Part shown: positions 1-13,895 of the stretch, one piece after another
How positions within the stretch are numbered: the first letter of the stretch is position 1
How the letters are laid out: the number at the start of each line of letters is the position of its first letter
From: Octopus sinensis
Taxonomy: Eukaryota
NCBI RefSeq assembly: GCF_006345805.1
Contig: NC_043005.1
Coordinates: forward strand, 64,356,001-64,420,000
Direction of reading: 5' to 3'
Length of the DNA: 64,000 nucleotides
The notes under the pieces: generated by a model
Told to the model about the DNA's origin: nothing
The model's database searches: none
Seen by the model: the letters and a program-made list of their open reading frames with translations, nothing else
Translations under genes and position numbers: made by a program

Positions 1-140
1 TTAGATTAACGCGTTTTTATGTGATGAAGACGAATTTAATCCAATACATCGTTCTTAATATAGGACTAGTAATCATCTTATCACCCCTCGGGAATGAAAA
101 GCGAAGTCAGTTACGTAGGATCTGAAATCATACGCAGAGG

Positions 141-220
<80 letters not shown>

Positions 221-473
221 CATATATATATAATGTGTGGGGGGGTGTATAAATACACACACACACACATATATATACGTCTGTATGTACACACACATAC
301 ACACGCAAGCACACAGAAACAGAACTAAATACTATAAATCATCGAGCCTGGTAAAATGTTTCCTACAATTCATTTCCCTATAATTGCTTGCGTGAAACAA
401 TTGGGAAACGGAATAGTTTAAATGGTTTCGTTATTCTTACTACAATTAATACTGTGATTGCAACTTTAGACAA

Positions 474-869
474 TCTTTATATATAAAAGAGAGGTTGTGT
501 GCTGTCTGTCTCCTACGATTTAGATTCCTAACTACTCCCACATTTTGCGGTGCAGTTTAACCAAAACCGGGTATCTTATAGTCGTGATTCATATCGAGCC
601 CTTCTAGGTATTAGTGCGCATCTATGATGAGTCTACGATTTTAAAAAAATTACCATCGATTTTTCCCATTTTTAATGCATTTTTGGCATATATAAGGGAA
701 GTAACTCTCTAAAAATTTATTATTAAATCTCAGAACGTAAAAAGCTACAGTAACAAACCCCCCTTTGTGGTTAGCCATATTGAGATGGACTATTATACTT
801 TACATCTCTAAAAATGCTTATATAGTTATTTCCCTTACAAACTCGAGCAACGCCGGGCGACCCTGCTAG
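474..869 (+). mobile_element. Non-autonomous Helitron (Lep1-like architecture)
   Basis: 5' TC(TTTATATATAAA), 3' GC-rich CGAGCAACGCCGGGCGA then CTAG, inserted between A473 and T870 with no TSD. The 3' end is shared with the copies at 3134 and 16166. Confidence 0.75.
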
Positions 870-894
870 TGTAATATAAAGCGTTAGTATACAT

Positions 895-1024
895 AACTAG
901 AAAAGCACTCGGAAAGCGTAGACCTCCGCCGTGTAACTCATTTCCACCCATATACACGCATGCTGAAAATTGCCCAATTTCCCAAACCAACACCGGCAAA
1001 AACATAACCTCCTTGGCGGGGGTA
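895..1024. mobile_element. Helentron-associated (HINE/DINE-like) element
   Basis: Subterminal ACCTCCGCC near the left end and an AAAACATAACCTCCTTGGCGGGGGTAA stem-loop end. Confidence 0.55.
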
Positions 1025-1452
1025 AAAAAAATAAAAAACACAGCCATATGATTTTAAGAAAAAAAACCTTTAAAAACAGGAATCATATGAAGCAGTTCAC
1101 AACCACCAACATCATCAGCAACATTGTCATTGCTTCCACTTCAACCACATACACTGCCATCAATGTTAACAGTCACTTTCACCACCACAACCAGTATAAC
1201 CACTGCAATACCACCATTACACAACTAACACTATCATCAGCACCACTATTACCACCCTCACCTCAGCATCACACATCACACCGTTCCTGTCGCCATTATA
1301 ACCACCGATACTATTTTATCCTCCTCCCATACTTATCTCGACCATCGACATCATTAACACTGTCTCTAAACAGCAACGCCACCATAGGTTACGTGGAAAC
1401 GATGCGTTTTAAAGAGAGATAATCAAAGAACGTAGCATTGTAAAGTAAATAT

Positions 1453-1656
1453 AACAAATGGAAATTCCTTCAAAAATCCATAAAAATTCCCGGATCACTA
1501 CCAAAATTTAATCATCTGTTTCTTGTGTCATTACCAACTTTTCCTGGAAGTTTTATCAAATACCGTTCACGACCTTTTGAATTATTTTGCACACTGACGG
1601 ACAGACGGACAAACCAACGGCAATGAAAACATAACCTCCTTCCTTGGCGGAGGTAA
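1453..1656. mobile_element. HINE/DINE-like element, second copy (partial)
   Basis: Internal GACA-type repeat and the same AAAACATAACCTCCTT..GGCGGAGGTAA end as 895-1024. Confidence 0.55.
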
Positions 1657-1728
1657 TAAGAAATTATAGAGGTTAGTCCGCAAAATAAGGGACAGTAATG
1701 TTTATAATGTTTAGTATAGAAAAGAGTG

Positions 1729-1950
1729 TGGAGACGCGTGGGTTACTGGTTAGGGTGTCAGCATCATGATCGTAAGATTGTGGTTTCGATTCCTGGACTG
1801 GGTGATGCGTTGTGTTCTTGAGCAAAACACTTCATTTCAGGCTGCTCCAGTCCACTCGGCTAGCAAAAATGAGTAACGCTGCGATGGACTGGCGTCCTGT
1901 CCAGCTGGGGAACACATACGACATAGAAACTGGGAAACCGGGCCCATGAG
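1729..1950 (+). mobile_element. tRNA-derived SINE family B
   Basis: A-box-like GGTTACTGGTTAGG, B-box-like GGTTTCGATTCC and a GTGTTCTTGAGCAAAACACTT core. Homologous to copies at 12790, 13637 and 46200. Confidence 0.75.
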
Positions 1951-2363
1951 CGCTATTGTACATATTAGAGATTACGGAACATGCAGCTGCGAGGTGTCAT
2001 AAAGTAAGAAAGTGTTTATCTGGAGAATTAGTAGTGTTTTAAAGATTGGCAAACGTATGAATGAAACTGTTGATAAAGTTAGTGTGAAGAATGTACATTT
2101 ATTTTTGTTGCTTTTCTTTAGATTTTTATTCTAAATTTTCCCGATCTCTCTCATACCTGGTTGGTGGGTTTTATCTTCTCTGTTCTCTCTTCCTTATTTT
2201 GTTTGTTTCTTCTTTGTTTCTTTTTGTTTCTTTCTTTTCTGCAAATACTCCTCTCTGAATCATCTTCGACCTGGTTTTACAATTCGTTTCTGTCTTCCGA
2301 CTAAATGGTTTCGTTATTGTCTTTTAATCCCTTATTTTCTCCCCTAGTCTCATTCTTGTTTAT

Positions 2364-2416
<53 letters not shown>

Positions 2417-2742
2417 AACAAACACATCACTCTCTCTCTCTCTCTCTCTCTCATCCTCTGTCTCCATCTCTCTCCCTCCCTCCCTCTATCTCACATTCTC
2501 CGTCATCCTCCCTCTCTTTTCCTATCTCTCTCCATCTCTCTCTTCCCCTCTCTATTTCTCTCTCCCTACCACCCCCTTTATCGCATTCCTCTTGAATGCT
2601 GAGACAAGTTAATAAACTAATTGAAGATACTATGGGGAAATGTATCAAGTGTCGTCTTCATAAGACTCGTCTGTCGAAATAGTCCATGAGAGAAATACCT
2701 TCCTTTGTTGTGAGAAATATAATGCAGTGCATATGACTAGTG

Positions 2743-3625
2743 CAGGCGTGGGGAAACCCCCGCCCGCGGGCGCTATTACGCTCGCAGGCTGGTATACTCG
2801 TATGTACAAAATGTTGTAAACTTTTCAATTATAAAATTTATACAATATTCGTATGCCTATTCCACTACGACTTAAAACGGTTACACTCGAACAGAAATCG
2901 TCCAGTAATTGCCATTTAATTGGAAATTTTCTTATCACTATAAAACACATATTGCTAGGTTTGTACCACCCCTTGAGATCCAGCTACACTCTAGCTGAAA
3001 AATATAGAACATATCATAAGTAATATAAACGTCCTAAATTCAGTGGCGGCGTTGATGAAGATGTTACGCGTTAATTTAGTGTGTTAAACTTATCTTTATT
3101 AATGTATATCGAATTATACAGATATATACACGACTAGCAGTATCGCCCGGCATTGCTCGGGTTTGTTTCGACCCTTTAGAATTGGAATTTTTGAAAATTA
3201 AAAATTTTGCATTATGTAGCTTGTTATTCTCTTTAAGTGAACATTTTTCTGGTTGAAATACACCGAAAAATGGCGACACAGCAGTCAAAAAATCGTAAAA
3301 AATAGGGATTTTCAGAGAAAAAAATGCACCTTTTTGATATTAATAATTTTTGGTGTTAGCATGGTCCGATCTGAATTCTTTCTTCTACGGAAGGAAGAGC
3401 AGGCCTTTTTCTATCATACTTTCAACTTTGGTCAACTTGCGCCGCAGGGTCTCGGAGGAGATAGTGTTACTTGAAGGCTACCAAATATGCCATACACAGA
3501 CAACTTCAGCTTTATATATAGAGAGATTTACGCAGATATAAAAATGAGAACTTATGATCAGCCTGCAGACCTTTTTCTTTGAAAACTTTTGCCCGCCGCA
3601 CTAAAAAAAAGTTTCCCCACCCCAA
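2743..3625. mobile_element. hAT (Charlie-like) MITE with a nested Helitron
   Basis: Terminal inverted repeats CAGGCGTGGGGAAAC ... GTTTCCCCACCCCA, interrupted by the element at 3134-3526. Confidence 0.55.
3134..3526 (-). mobile_element. Non-autonomous Helitron
   Basis: On the minus strand it begins TCTCTCTATATATAAA and ends CGAGCAATGCCGGGCGATACTGCTAG, inserted at an A/T site. Confidence 0.75.
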
Positions 3626-4767
3626 GATTAATGGTACTGACTTCGGTTGGGAAAAATATGAAACTCATAGAGTTAGAAAATTCATGGGTTTTCAAAAGCA
3701 GCATGTAAAAAGGGCAACTAAAGATTTGGGGCAGTATATGAGTCTACCTAAAAAGTGACATCTCAATAACTTTAAGGATATTGCAAATCGGTTGCAAGAT
3801 ATCGAGCCGGGAATTCATAATACCAGTTTCAATTCTCAATGACCACAAAATCTCTTAGACTTCCCATTTCATATGACAAAATAGAATTATTATACTTCCT
3901 CCAGTTAAACTCCTTCAGTTTCTATCTGATCCACGAATTGTTTAAATTTAGTTATTATTCCATCTTAGCGTAATTTTCGTTTTACTTTATTTGGAGACTG
4001 ACCACACAGGAAAAGAAGCCAGAACAAAACCTCCGTCGAATATATTCACTAATTTTTTAAGCCATATTGTTTTTTGCTTTGTTATCCTCCTGATCTAAGT
4101 GATTGCAAAAAACGGAGAAGGCAATAGATTTTTATTTTTTCATTTACTTTCCTCCTTTATTATTAATCCAGTTTTCATTAGTATGCAGCAAAATGGCGGC
4201 AGATTATGTTTAATTGGTAAATCGGATTGTAGCTTCTTTCAATGTTTCCTCTTAACATAATGAAACTTTCGCTTTGACATTAAATATAACAAAAGCAACA
4301 ACAACAACGACGACGAAAACGATGACGACGACGACGATGACGATGATGATGATGATGATGATGATGATGATAGCAATAAAATCATCACCAACAATAAAAT
4401 GCGCACAATGAAAAAGGATAATATAAATGAAACAACAAAAGATTTCGCAACAAAAGATTTCTATTTTTTTTTTTTTTTTAATATAGAATTAATATAGAAT
4501 TCTTAAAATATTGCCCATTGTTCTTTGTGACCCAGGTTTTAATTTCACGGATAAATTTCTCGGAAAGAGCTGAAGATGACTGGTTCCTTCTCTTCCAATC
4601 TTTCGGTTTCTATATCTAAATGGAAAACATAATTATAATGAGGGGAGGCGAGATTACAGAAATATTCCTTCTTTTTCAACGTGGTACCATAACGCCTTAA
4701 GTAACTCTTTACAATAACGCGTCTCGGTTTGTTTTTCTCTCTCTTCCTCTCTCTCTCTCTCTCTCTC

Positions 4768-4807
<40 letters not shown>

Positions 4808-4818
4808 TCTCTCTCTCT

Positions 4819-4863
<45 letters not shown>

Positions 4864-4928
4864 GACACAAGTATCACTGCATCGATGAGCACGGGAAACC
4901 ATGAGAATTTAAAATTCAATTTCATATA

Positions 4929-5407
4929 CCGCAAATCCTCGAGTATATTCCGCCCTTGAGTATAATACGCAGGGTATTTTTAGGGATCTGTACCTCTGAA
5001 AAAACTAAACCTTGTGTATAATACGCACCCCTTCTCTAACTTGAGTCAAGGAGTTCTATATAACGTCCTTGGTTTGTAAAAATGTATACGGTAACTTCCT
5101 TTATTATTATTGTATATATAACATAATGCAAACGTGTTGCTTTTTGGTGCATTTTGTTTGCAGAAAATAAAGAAATAACAGTAATAACGTTTAATAAATG
5201 TTGCTAACTGCAAGTTGTGGATGATTTGAGGTATTTTCGCGCCCGACATCACGAAATGCGTCTGAATAAACATTGCCGGACAGCAAATAGAGACTCGGAC
5301 ATTGCTTAGAAAATAATTTTCATTTTTAACCTCATATATAGTACGCACTAGGGATTTTGACCTTTAAATTTTGGGGTGAAATGCGGATTATACTCGAGGA
5401 TTTACGG
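4929..5407. mobile_element. pogo/Tigger-like MITE
   Basis: TIRs CCGCAAATCCTCGAGTATA ... TATACTCGAGGATTTACGG, flanked by TA at 4927-4928 and 5408-5409. Confidence 0.75.
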
Positions 5408-6277
5408 TACTCTTTGATAATACTTCTTTACTGAATCTTAAAACATATATTCTTTTTCACTCGAAAGAAAATATTTCTTTCAGTGAAGTGACTGTCGTAC
5501 AGAAAAGATTCAAGTTGAGGATCAAATGTAGATAAAGAATGAAGCGAACATTGAGTCAAATATGACCTTTAATCTCTTAAACTAAAAGCAAATATCTTTA
5601 ACTGGAACTGCTTGAAAGTAAAATATATTTACTCATTTCGCAGCATACCGCAAAAGCTAAATGTCCACTTTTTCAGTATTTGCTCCTGCCTACAGAGATT
5701 ACCTCTGGCCTCCTTGAATTTTAGAGATTGTATTCAACCAGACTAAATGTTTCAAGAAGTAAAATTCATTTCCACACACTAGAACTCATCGATCTTTTAT
5801 TCCCCCAAGGCACCTTATAAAGGATACGGTTATCCAAAAATCTTTTTCTTCGTTCATTGCCCAGAAGCTTCCACGGAAATTTCAATTCAAATTGCGTTCT
5901 GCTCAATCATTCAACACCTCGGTTATCTGACATTTAACTTATATGCATTTGAGCAATTTGTGCAGCAATGGCGGAGAAAAAGCGATATATAAGCGTGCGG
6001 GTATGGATGCTTATGACTAAGATATATTCATTTGTCACTGTGAAAATAGATGTTCAACAGAAATATACATATTATCACTAAAATAACTGTAAGTAATAAT
6101 GCATTACTTACATACGTATATTTTATTGCATACATGTGTATTTGTAGCTACATACTTACACTCAGACGAAGTAACACAAGTAGAAGCTAAATACAGAAAC
6201 ACACATAGTTAGACAAATGCTTACACACATACATATACACACACAAACATATGCATATATATTATGCATATATATAT

Positions 6278-6325
<48 letters not shown>

Positions 6326-6334
6326 TGTATGTAT

Positions 6335-6396
6335 GTACGTATATATATGTGTGTGTATATATATATACATATGTATATGTATATATATATATATAT

Positions 6397-6428
<32 letters not shown>

Positions 6429-6481
6429 ATACATATAAGTATGTATATACCTACGTACGTATATGTATGTATGTATATATG

Positions 6482-6528
<47 letters not shown>

Positions 6529-7139
6529 TATATATATATTATATATATAAGTATGTATGTATGTATGTATATATGTATGTATGTATGTGTGTGTGTATGT
6601 ATGAATGTATGTATATAGGGAGAGAGAGAGATGGAGGTATTTATATGCATCGATATACGCATGCATAAATAAACGCATTTAAACACATGCATACATTCAA
6701 ACAGATACACATACACACGTGTGCATATCCACACTTATGTATATACACCATACATAGACATACAGATATACATATACGGACAAACATGCATATAGCTTAT
6801 TCAACCTCATAGAATATGTAAGTTGGTGAAATGAAGATCAGGCTTATAAAACTGTCGATGATTAACTGACATCGCCGATGGGAACCGAACGAATAATAGA
6901 TCGACGTACCTAAGAAAATGGCCCATATGATACCGTTAACAACTTCCGCTGGTGTAGCATGAACCGCGGCAATTATCTATATGTGTCCCATAATCTACAA
7001 TACTTTTATTCTGCTTCTTGCGCAGTCTATTTTGGACTCCCGCTTCGGACATCTATCAGTGTTTCGTAGCAGAAATATGATTGGAAAATAATACTAAGCC
7101 ATAATACAATTATAACGATAAAATTATAAATGGCATTGT

Positions 7140-7182
<43 letters not shown>

Positions 7183-7828
7183 GTGTGTGTGTGTGTGTGC
7201 GTGTGTGTGTGTGTTTGAAACAAATGTACATACATATACTGGTTATGAAGTAAGAAGCTACCTTCCCGACCACATGGTTCAAGGTTCAGTCCCGCTGTGT
7301 GGCCCCTTGTGTTGAGTGTCTTCTACTATAACCCTGGCCAAGCAAAGCCGTACGAGTGGATTTGACAGACGCAAACTGAAAAAAGCCCATCGTATATATA
7401 TGAGTGTGTGTGTATGTATATGTATTTGTGTATGTGTTTGTGTTCGTGTGTGTATCGTGAGTACCGCCAGCGATTTTTTTTCCTCTGTCTTCCCTTCTCG
7501 GGATCTTTCCTTCTCCTATGTTTCCGACGAAGAGCTCCGCTCGAAACGTTAAACCCTCCTTCTTCCCTTCTTCCTGAGCATCCAATAATACTTTATTTGT
7601 TCCACGTCCTCGCGTTGCTGTGGTTTTTTTTTGTGTTTTCTTGTTTGGATTAACTTTATATATATATGTATACATACATACATACATCACACATATATAT
7701 CTATATATAAGTAGATATATGTGTGTATATGTATAAATATATATATGTGTATGTATGTATTGTATGTGTACGTATTATATGTGTGTGTATATATATATAC
7801 ATATGTATATGTATATATATATATATAT

Positions 7829-7860
<32 letters not shown>

Positions 7861-7913
7861 ATACATATAAGTATGTATATACCTACGTACGTATATGTAT
7901 GTATGTATATATG

Positions 7914-7975
<62 letters not shown>

Positions 7976-8571
7976 AGTATGTATGTATGTATGTATATAT
8001 GTATGTATGTATGTGTGTGTGTATGTATGAATGTATGTATATAGGGAGAGAGAGAGCTGGAGGTATTTATATGCATCGATATACGCATGCATAAATAAAC
8101 GCATTTAAAAACACATGCATACATTCAAACAGATACACATACACACGTGTGCATATCCACACTTATGTATATACACCATACATAGACATACAGATATACA
8201 TATACGGACAAACATGCATATAGCTTATTCAACCTCATAGAATATGTAAGTTGGTGAAATGAAGATCAGGCTTATAAAACTGTCGATGATTAACTGACAT
8301 CGCCGATGGGAACCGAACGAATAATAGATCGACGTACCTAAGAAAATGGCCCAATATGATACCGTTAACAACTTCCGCTGGTGTAGCATGAACCGCGGCA
8401 ATTATCTATATGTGTCCCATAATCTACAATACTTTTATTCTGCTTCTTGCGCAGTCTATTTTGGACTCCCGCTTCGGACATCTATCAGTGTTTCGTAGCA
8501 GAAATATGATTGGAAAATAATACTAAGCCATAATACAAAAGTATACGATAAAATTATAAATGGCATTGTTC

Positions 8572-8661
<90 letters not shown>

Positions 8662-9212
8662 GTGTGTGTGTTTGAAACAGAATGTACATACATATACTGG
8701 TTATGAAGTAAGAAGCTGCCTTCCCGACCACATGGTTCAAGGTTCAGTCCCGCTGTGTGGCACCTTGTGTGAGTGTCTTCTACTATAACCCTGGGCCAAG
8801 CAAAGCCGTACGAGTGGATTTGACAGACGCAAACTGAAAAAAGCCCATCGTATATATATGAGTGTGTGTGTGTGTGTATATGTATTTGTGTATGTGTTTG
8901 TGTTCGTGTGTGTATCGTGAGTACCGCCAGCGATTTTTTTTCCTCTGTCTTCCCTTCTCGGGATCTTTCCTTCTCCTATGTTTCCGACGAAGAGCTCCGC
9001 TCGAAACGTTAAACCCTCCTTCTTCCCTTCTTCCTGAGCATCCAATAATACTTTATTTGTTCCACGTCCTCGCGTTGCTGTGTTTTTTTTTGTGTTTTCT
9101 TGTTTGGATTAACTTTATATATATATGTATACATACATACATACATACACACATATATATCTATATATAAGTAGATATATGTGTGTATATGTATAAATAT
9201 ATATATGTGTAT
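6335..9212. repeat. About 1.43-1.46 kb direct tandem duplication (6335-7752 and 7768-9212)
   Basis: Unique sequence, a SINE and a Penelope-like fragment all occur twice at near identity. Differences are mostly microsatellite length and 1-bp indels. Confidence 0.9.
7520..7554 (+). ncRNA. Minimal hammerhead-ribozyme-like motif in a Penelope-like remnant (duplicate at 8980-9014)
   Basis: GTTT-CCGACGA-A-GAGC tcc GCTC-GAAA-CG-TT-AAAC: stem I GUUU/AAAC, stem II GAGC/GCUC and palindromic ACGU stem III. The core has U4>C and one extra A. Confidence 0.5.
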
Positions 9213-10213
9213 ATATATATATATGTATATATATATATTTATATGTGTGTGTATGTATAAATATATCTGTGTGTATATATATATAAATATATATATACAT
9301 ATATACATTTATATATATATATATATATATATATATGCAGACAGTTCGTACAAGTTTCCCATCCGTATCTATCTGCCTGTCCCTATAAGTGGTTTCTTTC
9401 ATTCACAAAGACTCTCATAAAAACTAATGCAAATACGGAAGTTTTACTTTGATTTCTCGGCAACTTCTCTTCTTACGTATCTGACTTGCAAATACATTAA
9501 TTACACACGCATAACGGTGAATAGTTCCATAATAACTATTATAATTGACAAATACACTCACGTGCCCACACTGATAGACATATATGCATGCATATTGTAG
9601 AGACATGTATAAGTGTGTGTGCAATGCGCGTGTGTGTCTAACTGCCTATTTATATAGATGTGTGTCTTTCTTCTGTCTGCAGCTTTTTGTCTGTTTTTCT
9701 TTGCATTGTGCGTGTATGTACATAGCCACATATATAATTCATAGAATGAAATATCCCTACGTCAGCTCTTTCGCATTTGAGCACAAACGTTATCTCGGTT
9801 ATTTTATTGACCATTTGTATATTACAGTGGAAGACATGTGTGTATGCAGGCATCCTTCAGTGTACACACGTACGCACACAGACAGGCACACTCACACACA
9901 CACACACACACATACACTCACGTATACACACACATACACACATACACTCACGTATACACACACACACGCACATATATATAATATATATATATATATATAC
10001 ATATATATATAATATACATATATATATATACATATATATATACGTACATATATATATTATATATATATATATTAAGTATGTGAATGAATTATCCTAGTAT
10101 TGATAATTCGGTTAATCGATACCTGGGTACCAAATTCACGTCAGAAAACACAGTTAAAGCTACATACGAAGGGTAGAAACCCCGTGTTCTTCTGTGGTAA
10201 TTTGTGTATTATT

Positions 10214-10318
10214 TAAAATGAATAAAAGAATGGAGTCGAACGAAGATTTTAACACAATTCCTTTACTTGAAAGTAAAGGAATTGTGTTAAAATCTTCGTT
10301 CGACTCCATTCTTTTATT

Positions 10319-10325
<7 letters not shown>
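10214..10325. repeat. Perfect palindrome with 55-bp arms and a 2-nt spacer
   Basis: 10214-10268 is the exact reverse complement of 10271-10325. It abuts a (TA)n tract. Confidence 0.9.
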
Positions 10326-10358
<33 letters not shown>

Positions 10359-10390
10359 TTATATACACGTAGATAGATAAATAGCTATAG

Positions 10391-10429
<39 letters not shown>

Positions 10430-10447
10430 TAAAGATAGATAGATAGT

Positions 10448-10480
<33 letters not shown>

Positions 10481-10512
10481 GATAGATAGACAGACAGACA
10501 GACAGATAGATT

Positions 10513-10574
<62 letters not shown>

Positions 10575-11069
10575 CATGTACATGTGGATATGTAAACGCA
10601 TATCTATATATACATATGTATATCTACATGTACTTATATATACATATATATGTAATATGTATGTTTGTGTGTGAATGTGTGCATGTATGTGTTTAAAAGC
10701 TTAAGTTTAGATACTTTAATCTTACAATTAGACTGCGTATGTAATTTTTCTAATGAACTGAAATAGACTTTTAAAGATGGCAACTAAGAAGTTCGTGTAT
10801 TGTGATAATCGCTGCTTATCCGTCACTTGCTTTAAATGGTTGACAGACATTGTTATTTATGAGATTTTGATTTATAACCTCTGAATAAATCGGGCACAAA
10901 CTTAAGATCGAGTTAAGAAAAGCCTTCGATCCGGCACAACGTATAAAACATGCTTTTGAAATTCTTTCGGCTGCGAACAATGGACTGCCTCATTATTTTT
11001 AGTTACGTTCAATCGTTTATACATACATACAGATATATATATATATGTGTGTGTGTGTGTATTTGTATG

Positions 11070-11104
<35 letters not shown>

Positions 11105-11188
11105 GTATATATATATATGTATATATATATATTTTTCTCTCTAGTTTCAGCTTAGAGCTGCAGCCATACATATATATATATGTATGTA

Positions 11189-11238
<50 letters not shown>

Positions 11239-11820
11239 CCCACGTTTAGTTTTCATTTTCTACTTTTATTCCGGTTGTTGTTGTTGTTGTGATTGTTGCT
11301 CTTGCTGTTGTTGTTGTTGTTGCTGCTGTTATTCCTGCTGTTATTCATTTGCTACGAGTTCGCGCATAATCCTCGCCAATATACCTGATATCAGTTGATA
11401 TTATTACTTCTGACTGCTGCTCTCTGTAACGATGATAAATGTTCCTTCTCTCAGCAACAATAGTAAGCAAGGGTGTATTTTATGACAGTAATAGGCTTAC
11501 ATATCCACTGTGTTTGTTTTCGTTTCTATTATTAAGTTGTTATGAATGTTGATACAAAATCTCAATATCAATCGCGCTGGCCATTATTGTAAATTACCTA
11601 TACACCTGAGTTATTTATCGTCCCTATTAGTCTTTTATTTTAGCACAATAGATAAAATACTGAGCTAATCAGTCTGCGACAACCAAAATTGTTCGTTCTC
11701 TTTCAGAACTTCATAACAAGGTTTCCAAATTAGCATATTTTCGTGTCAGGTACAAACACGTGCGCACACACACTCGCATGTATATACGAACTTACATGCA
11801 TGCACATACACACACACAGA

Positions 11821-11830
11821 GATATATGTA

Positions 11831-11871
<41 letters not shown>

Positions 11872-12132
11872 CATATATATATATGTATGTATATCTATAT
11901 ATCTATATATATATATATATATACATGTATATGTATATATATATGTATGTATATATATATATGTATGCATATATATATGTATGTATATATATATATATAT
12001 ATACCTATATATATACATATATATATGTATGTATGTATATATATATATATACCTACATATATATATATACATATATATACATATATATGTATATATATAT
12101 ATATTATACATATATATGTATATATATACATT

Positions 12133-12179
<47 letters not shown>

Positions 12180-12258
12180 GTATATATATATATATATGTG
12201 TGTATATATATATAATATATATATATAATGTGTATATATATATATAATATTATATATA

Positions 12259-12297
<39 letters not shown>

Positions 12298-12332
12298 ATA
12301 TATAATATATATATTATATATATATATATATA
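11821..12332. repeat. Long compound (TA)n/(TATG)n microsatellite, representative of dozens in the window
   Basis: Seen directly. Similar tracts at about 6250-6610, 22190-22630, 34050-34790, 44900-45100 and 63180-63450; (GATA)n at about 141-217, 42420-42500, 45637-45750, 57936-58068 and 58952-59041. Confidence 0.95.
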
Positions 12333-12789
12333 TTTGTAGCTACATAGGCTTAATAAGCGCATGAACATTTGTATGGTTTTAAGAACTGGGAAAGTATATT
12401 TGTAGTAACATCATAACATTAAGATTTCGCATGTTCACTTCTCGTATTTCATGACAACTTAGAGCTGTCGTAGACATTATGCGAAAGCTACGCCGTTGTA
12501 TTTTTTAAATAGTCAACGTCAAGAAAATTAGCGGTTAAACCATAAACAACACCGACGATATAAGCTGACAAGATCTAAAAAGGAAAAATAGGATAACAAT
12601 ATCGACTTCTTCGATCCCGCAGTACAAATTCAGGAAGGGGTTTTCATTTGATTCAACTCTCTTTAAGAACATCAGACAACAATATAGAGATAAATATCGA
12701 CAAAGGAAACAGTTAAGGTAGTAGAAATATACTAGTTTCGATGATCAATGTTATAAATCACGTGTTACATTTATACATGCTGTTAATGT

Positions 12790-13347
12790 GAAGGCGCGTG
12801 GCTTAGTGGTTAGGGCATTCGAAAGGCGGCGAGCTGGCAGAATCGTTAGCACACCGAGCGAAATGCCTTGCGGTATTTCGTCTGCCGCTACGTTCTGAGT
12901 TCAAATTCCGCCGAGGTCGACTTTGCCTTTCATCCTTTCGTGGTCGATTAAATAAGTACCAGTTACGCACTGGGGTCGATATAATCGACTCAATCCGTTT
13001 GTCTGTCCTTGTTTGTCCCCTCTGTGTTTGGCCCCTCGTAGGTAGTAAAGAAATAGGTTAGGGCATTCGGCTCACGATTGTAAGGTCGTGAGTTCAATTC
13101 CCGGCGACACGTTGTGTCCTTGAGCAAGACATTTTATTTCACGTTGCTCCAATCCACTCAGCTGGAAAAAATGAGTGGTGCCTGTATTTCAAAGGGCCGG
13201 CCTTGTCACGCTGAATCTCCCTGAGAAATGCGTTAGGGGTACACGTGTCTGTAGATTGCTCAGCCACTTGCATTTTAATTTCACGAGCAAGCTGTTCCAT
13301 TTATCGTATCAGATGGGACCCTCGTCGTCGTAACCGACAGAGTGCTC
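12790..13347 (+). mobile_element. SINE family B interrupted by a SINE family A insertion
   Basis: The head GGCGCGTGGCTTAGTGGTTAGGGCATTCG resumes after the insert as GCTCACGATTGTAAGGTCGTGAGTTCAATTCC. Confidence 0.8.
12822..13055 (+). mobile_element. tRNA-derived SINE family A (Meta-like core), full length with 14-bp TSD
   Basis: GGCGGCGAGCTGGCAGAA head, GAGTTCAAATTCC B-box and GCCTTTCATCCTTTCG..GTCGAT.AAATAAGTACCAG core. TSD GGTTAGGGCATTCG at 12808-12821 and 13056-13069. Confidence 0.85.
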
Positions 13348-13636
13348 CTAATGTGAATAGAAGTATATATATAATATTATTTGTGATACGTGTGTGTGTG
13401 TGTATGAATATACTGTATGCCTATGTGGTGGCGGTGCACGCTCGAGCTTCTGCCATTATTTTAGATCTAGAACCGTACAAGAATAAGTACGTGATAGAAC
13501 GTAGATTAGAAATAGGGCTGGGGCATTGAAATGTAGGAAGTTGTGAAAATTTGTTCCTAAAACAAAAAGAAGCGATAGTTAAAAACTTATGAGAATCACC
13601 GTGATAGATTATTTAAAACATACAGTAACTAGCATA

Positions 13637-13895
13637 ATAATAATAATTGCGCCCTTTTAAAACCTAGCCAGGCTCATGGGCCCGTTTTCCTTGTTTCAAT
13701 GGCGTATGTATTCCCCAGCTGGACGGGACGCCAGTTCATCGCAGTGTCACTCATTTTTGCCAGCTGAGTGGACTGGAGCAACGTAAAATGAATTTTTTTG
13801 CTCAAGAATACACCGCATCGCCCGGTCCAGAAATCGAAAACACAATCTTACGATCATGATGCTGACACCCTAGCCACTAAGCCACGCGCCTCCAC
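13637..13895 (-). mobile_element. SINE family B, full length, (ATT)n tail, 14-bp TSD
   Basis: Reverse complement of the 1729 copy. TSD CAGTAACTAGCATA at 13623-13636 and 13896-13909. Confidence 0.8.

Noticed and set aside
970-1422. 150-aa His/Thr-rich ORF
   Set aside because: It starts inside a HINE element and runs through degenerate CAC/CAT/AAC low-complexity sequence.
12790-13100. tRNA genes suggested by A-box and B-box motifs
   Set aside because: They continue into SINE cores with tails and TSDs and do not form a complete cloverleaf.
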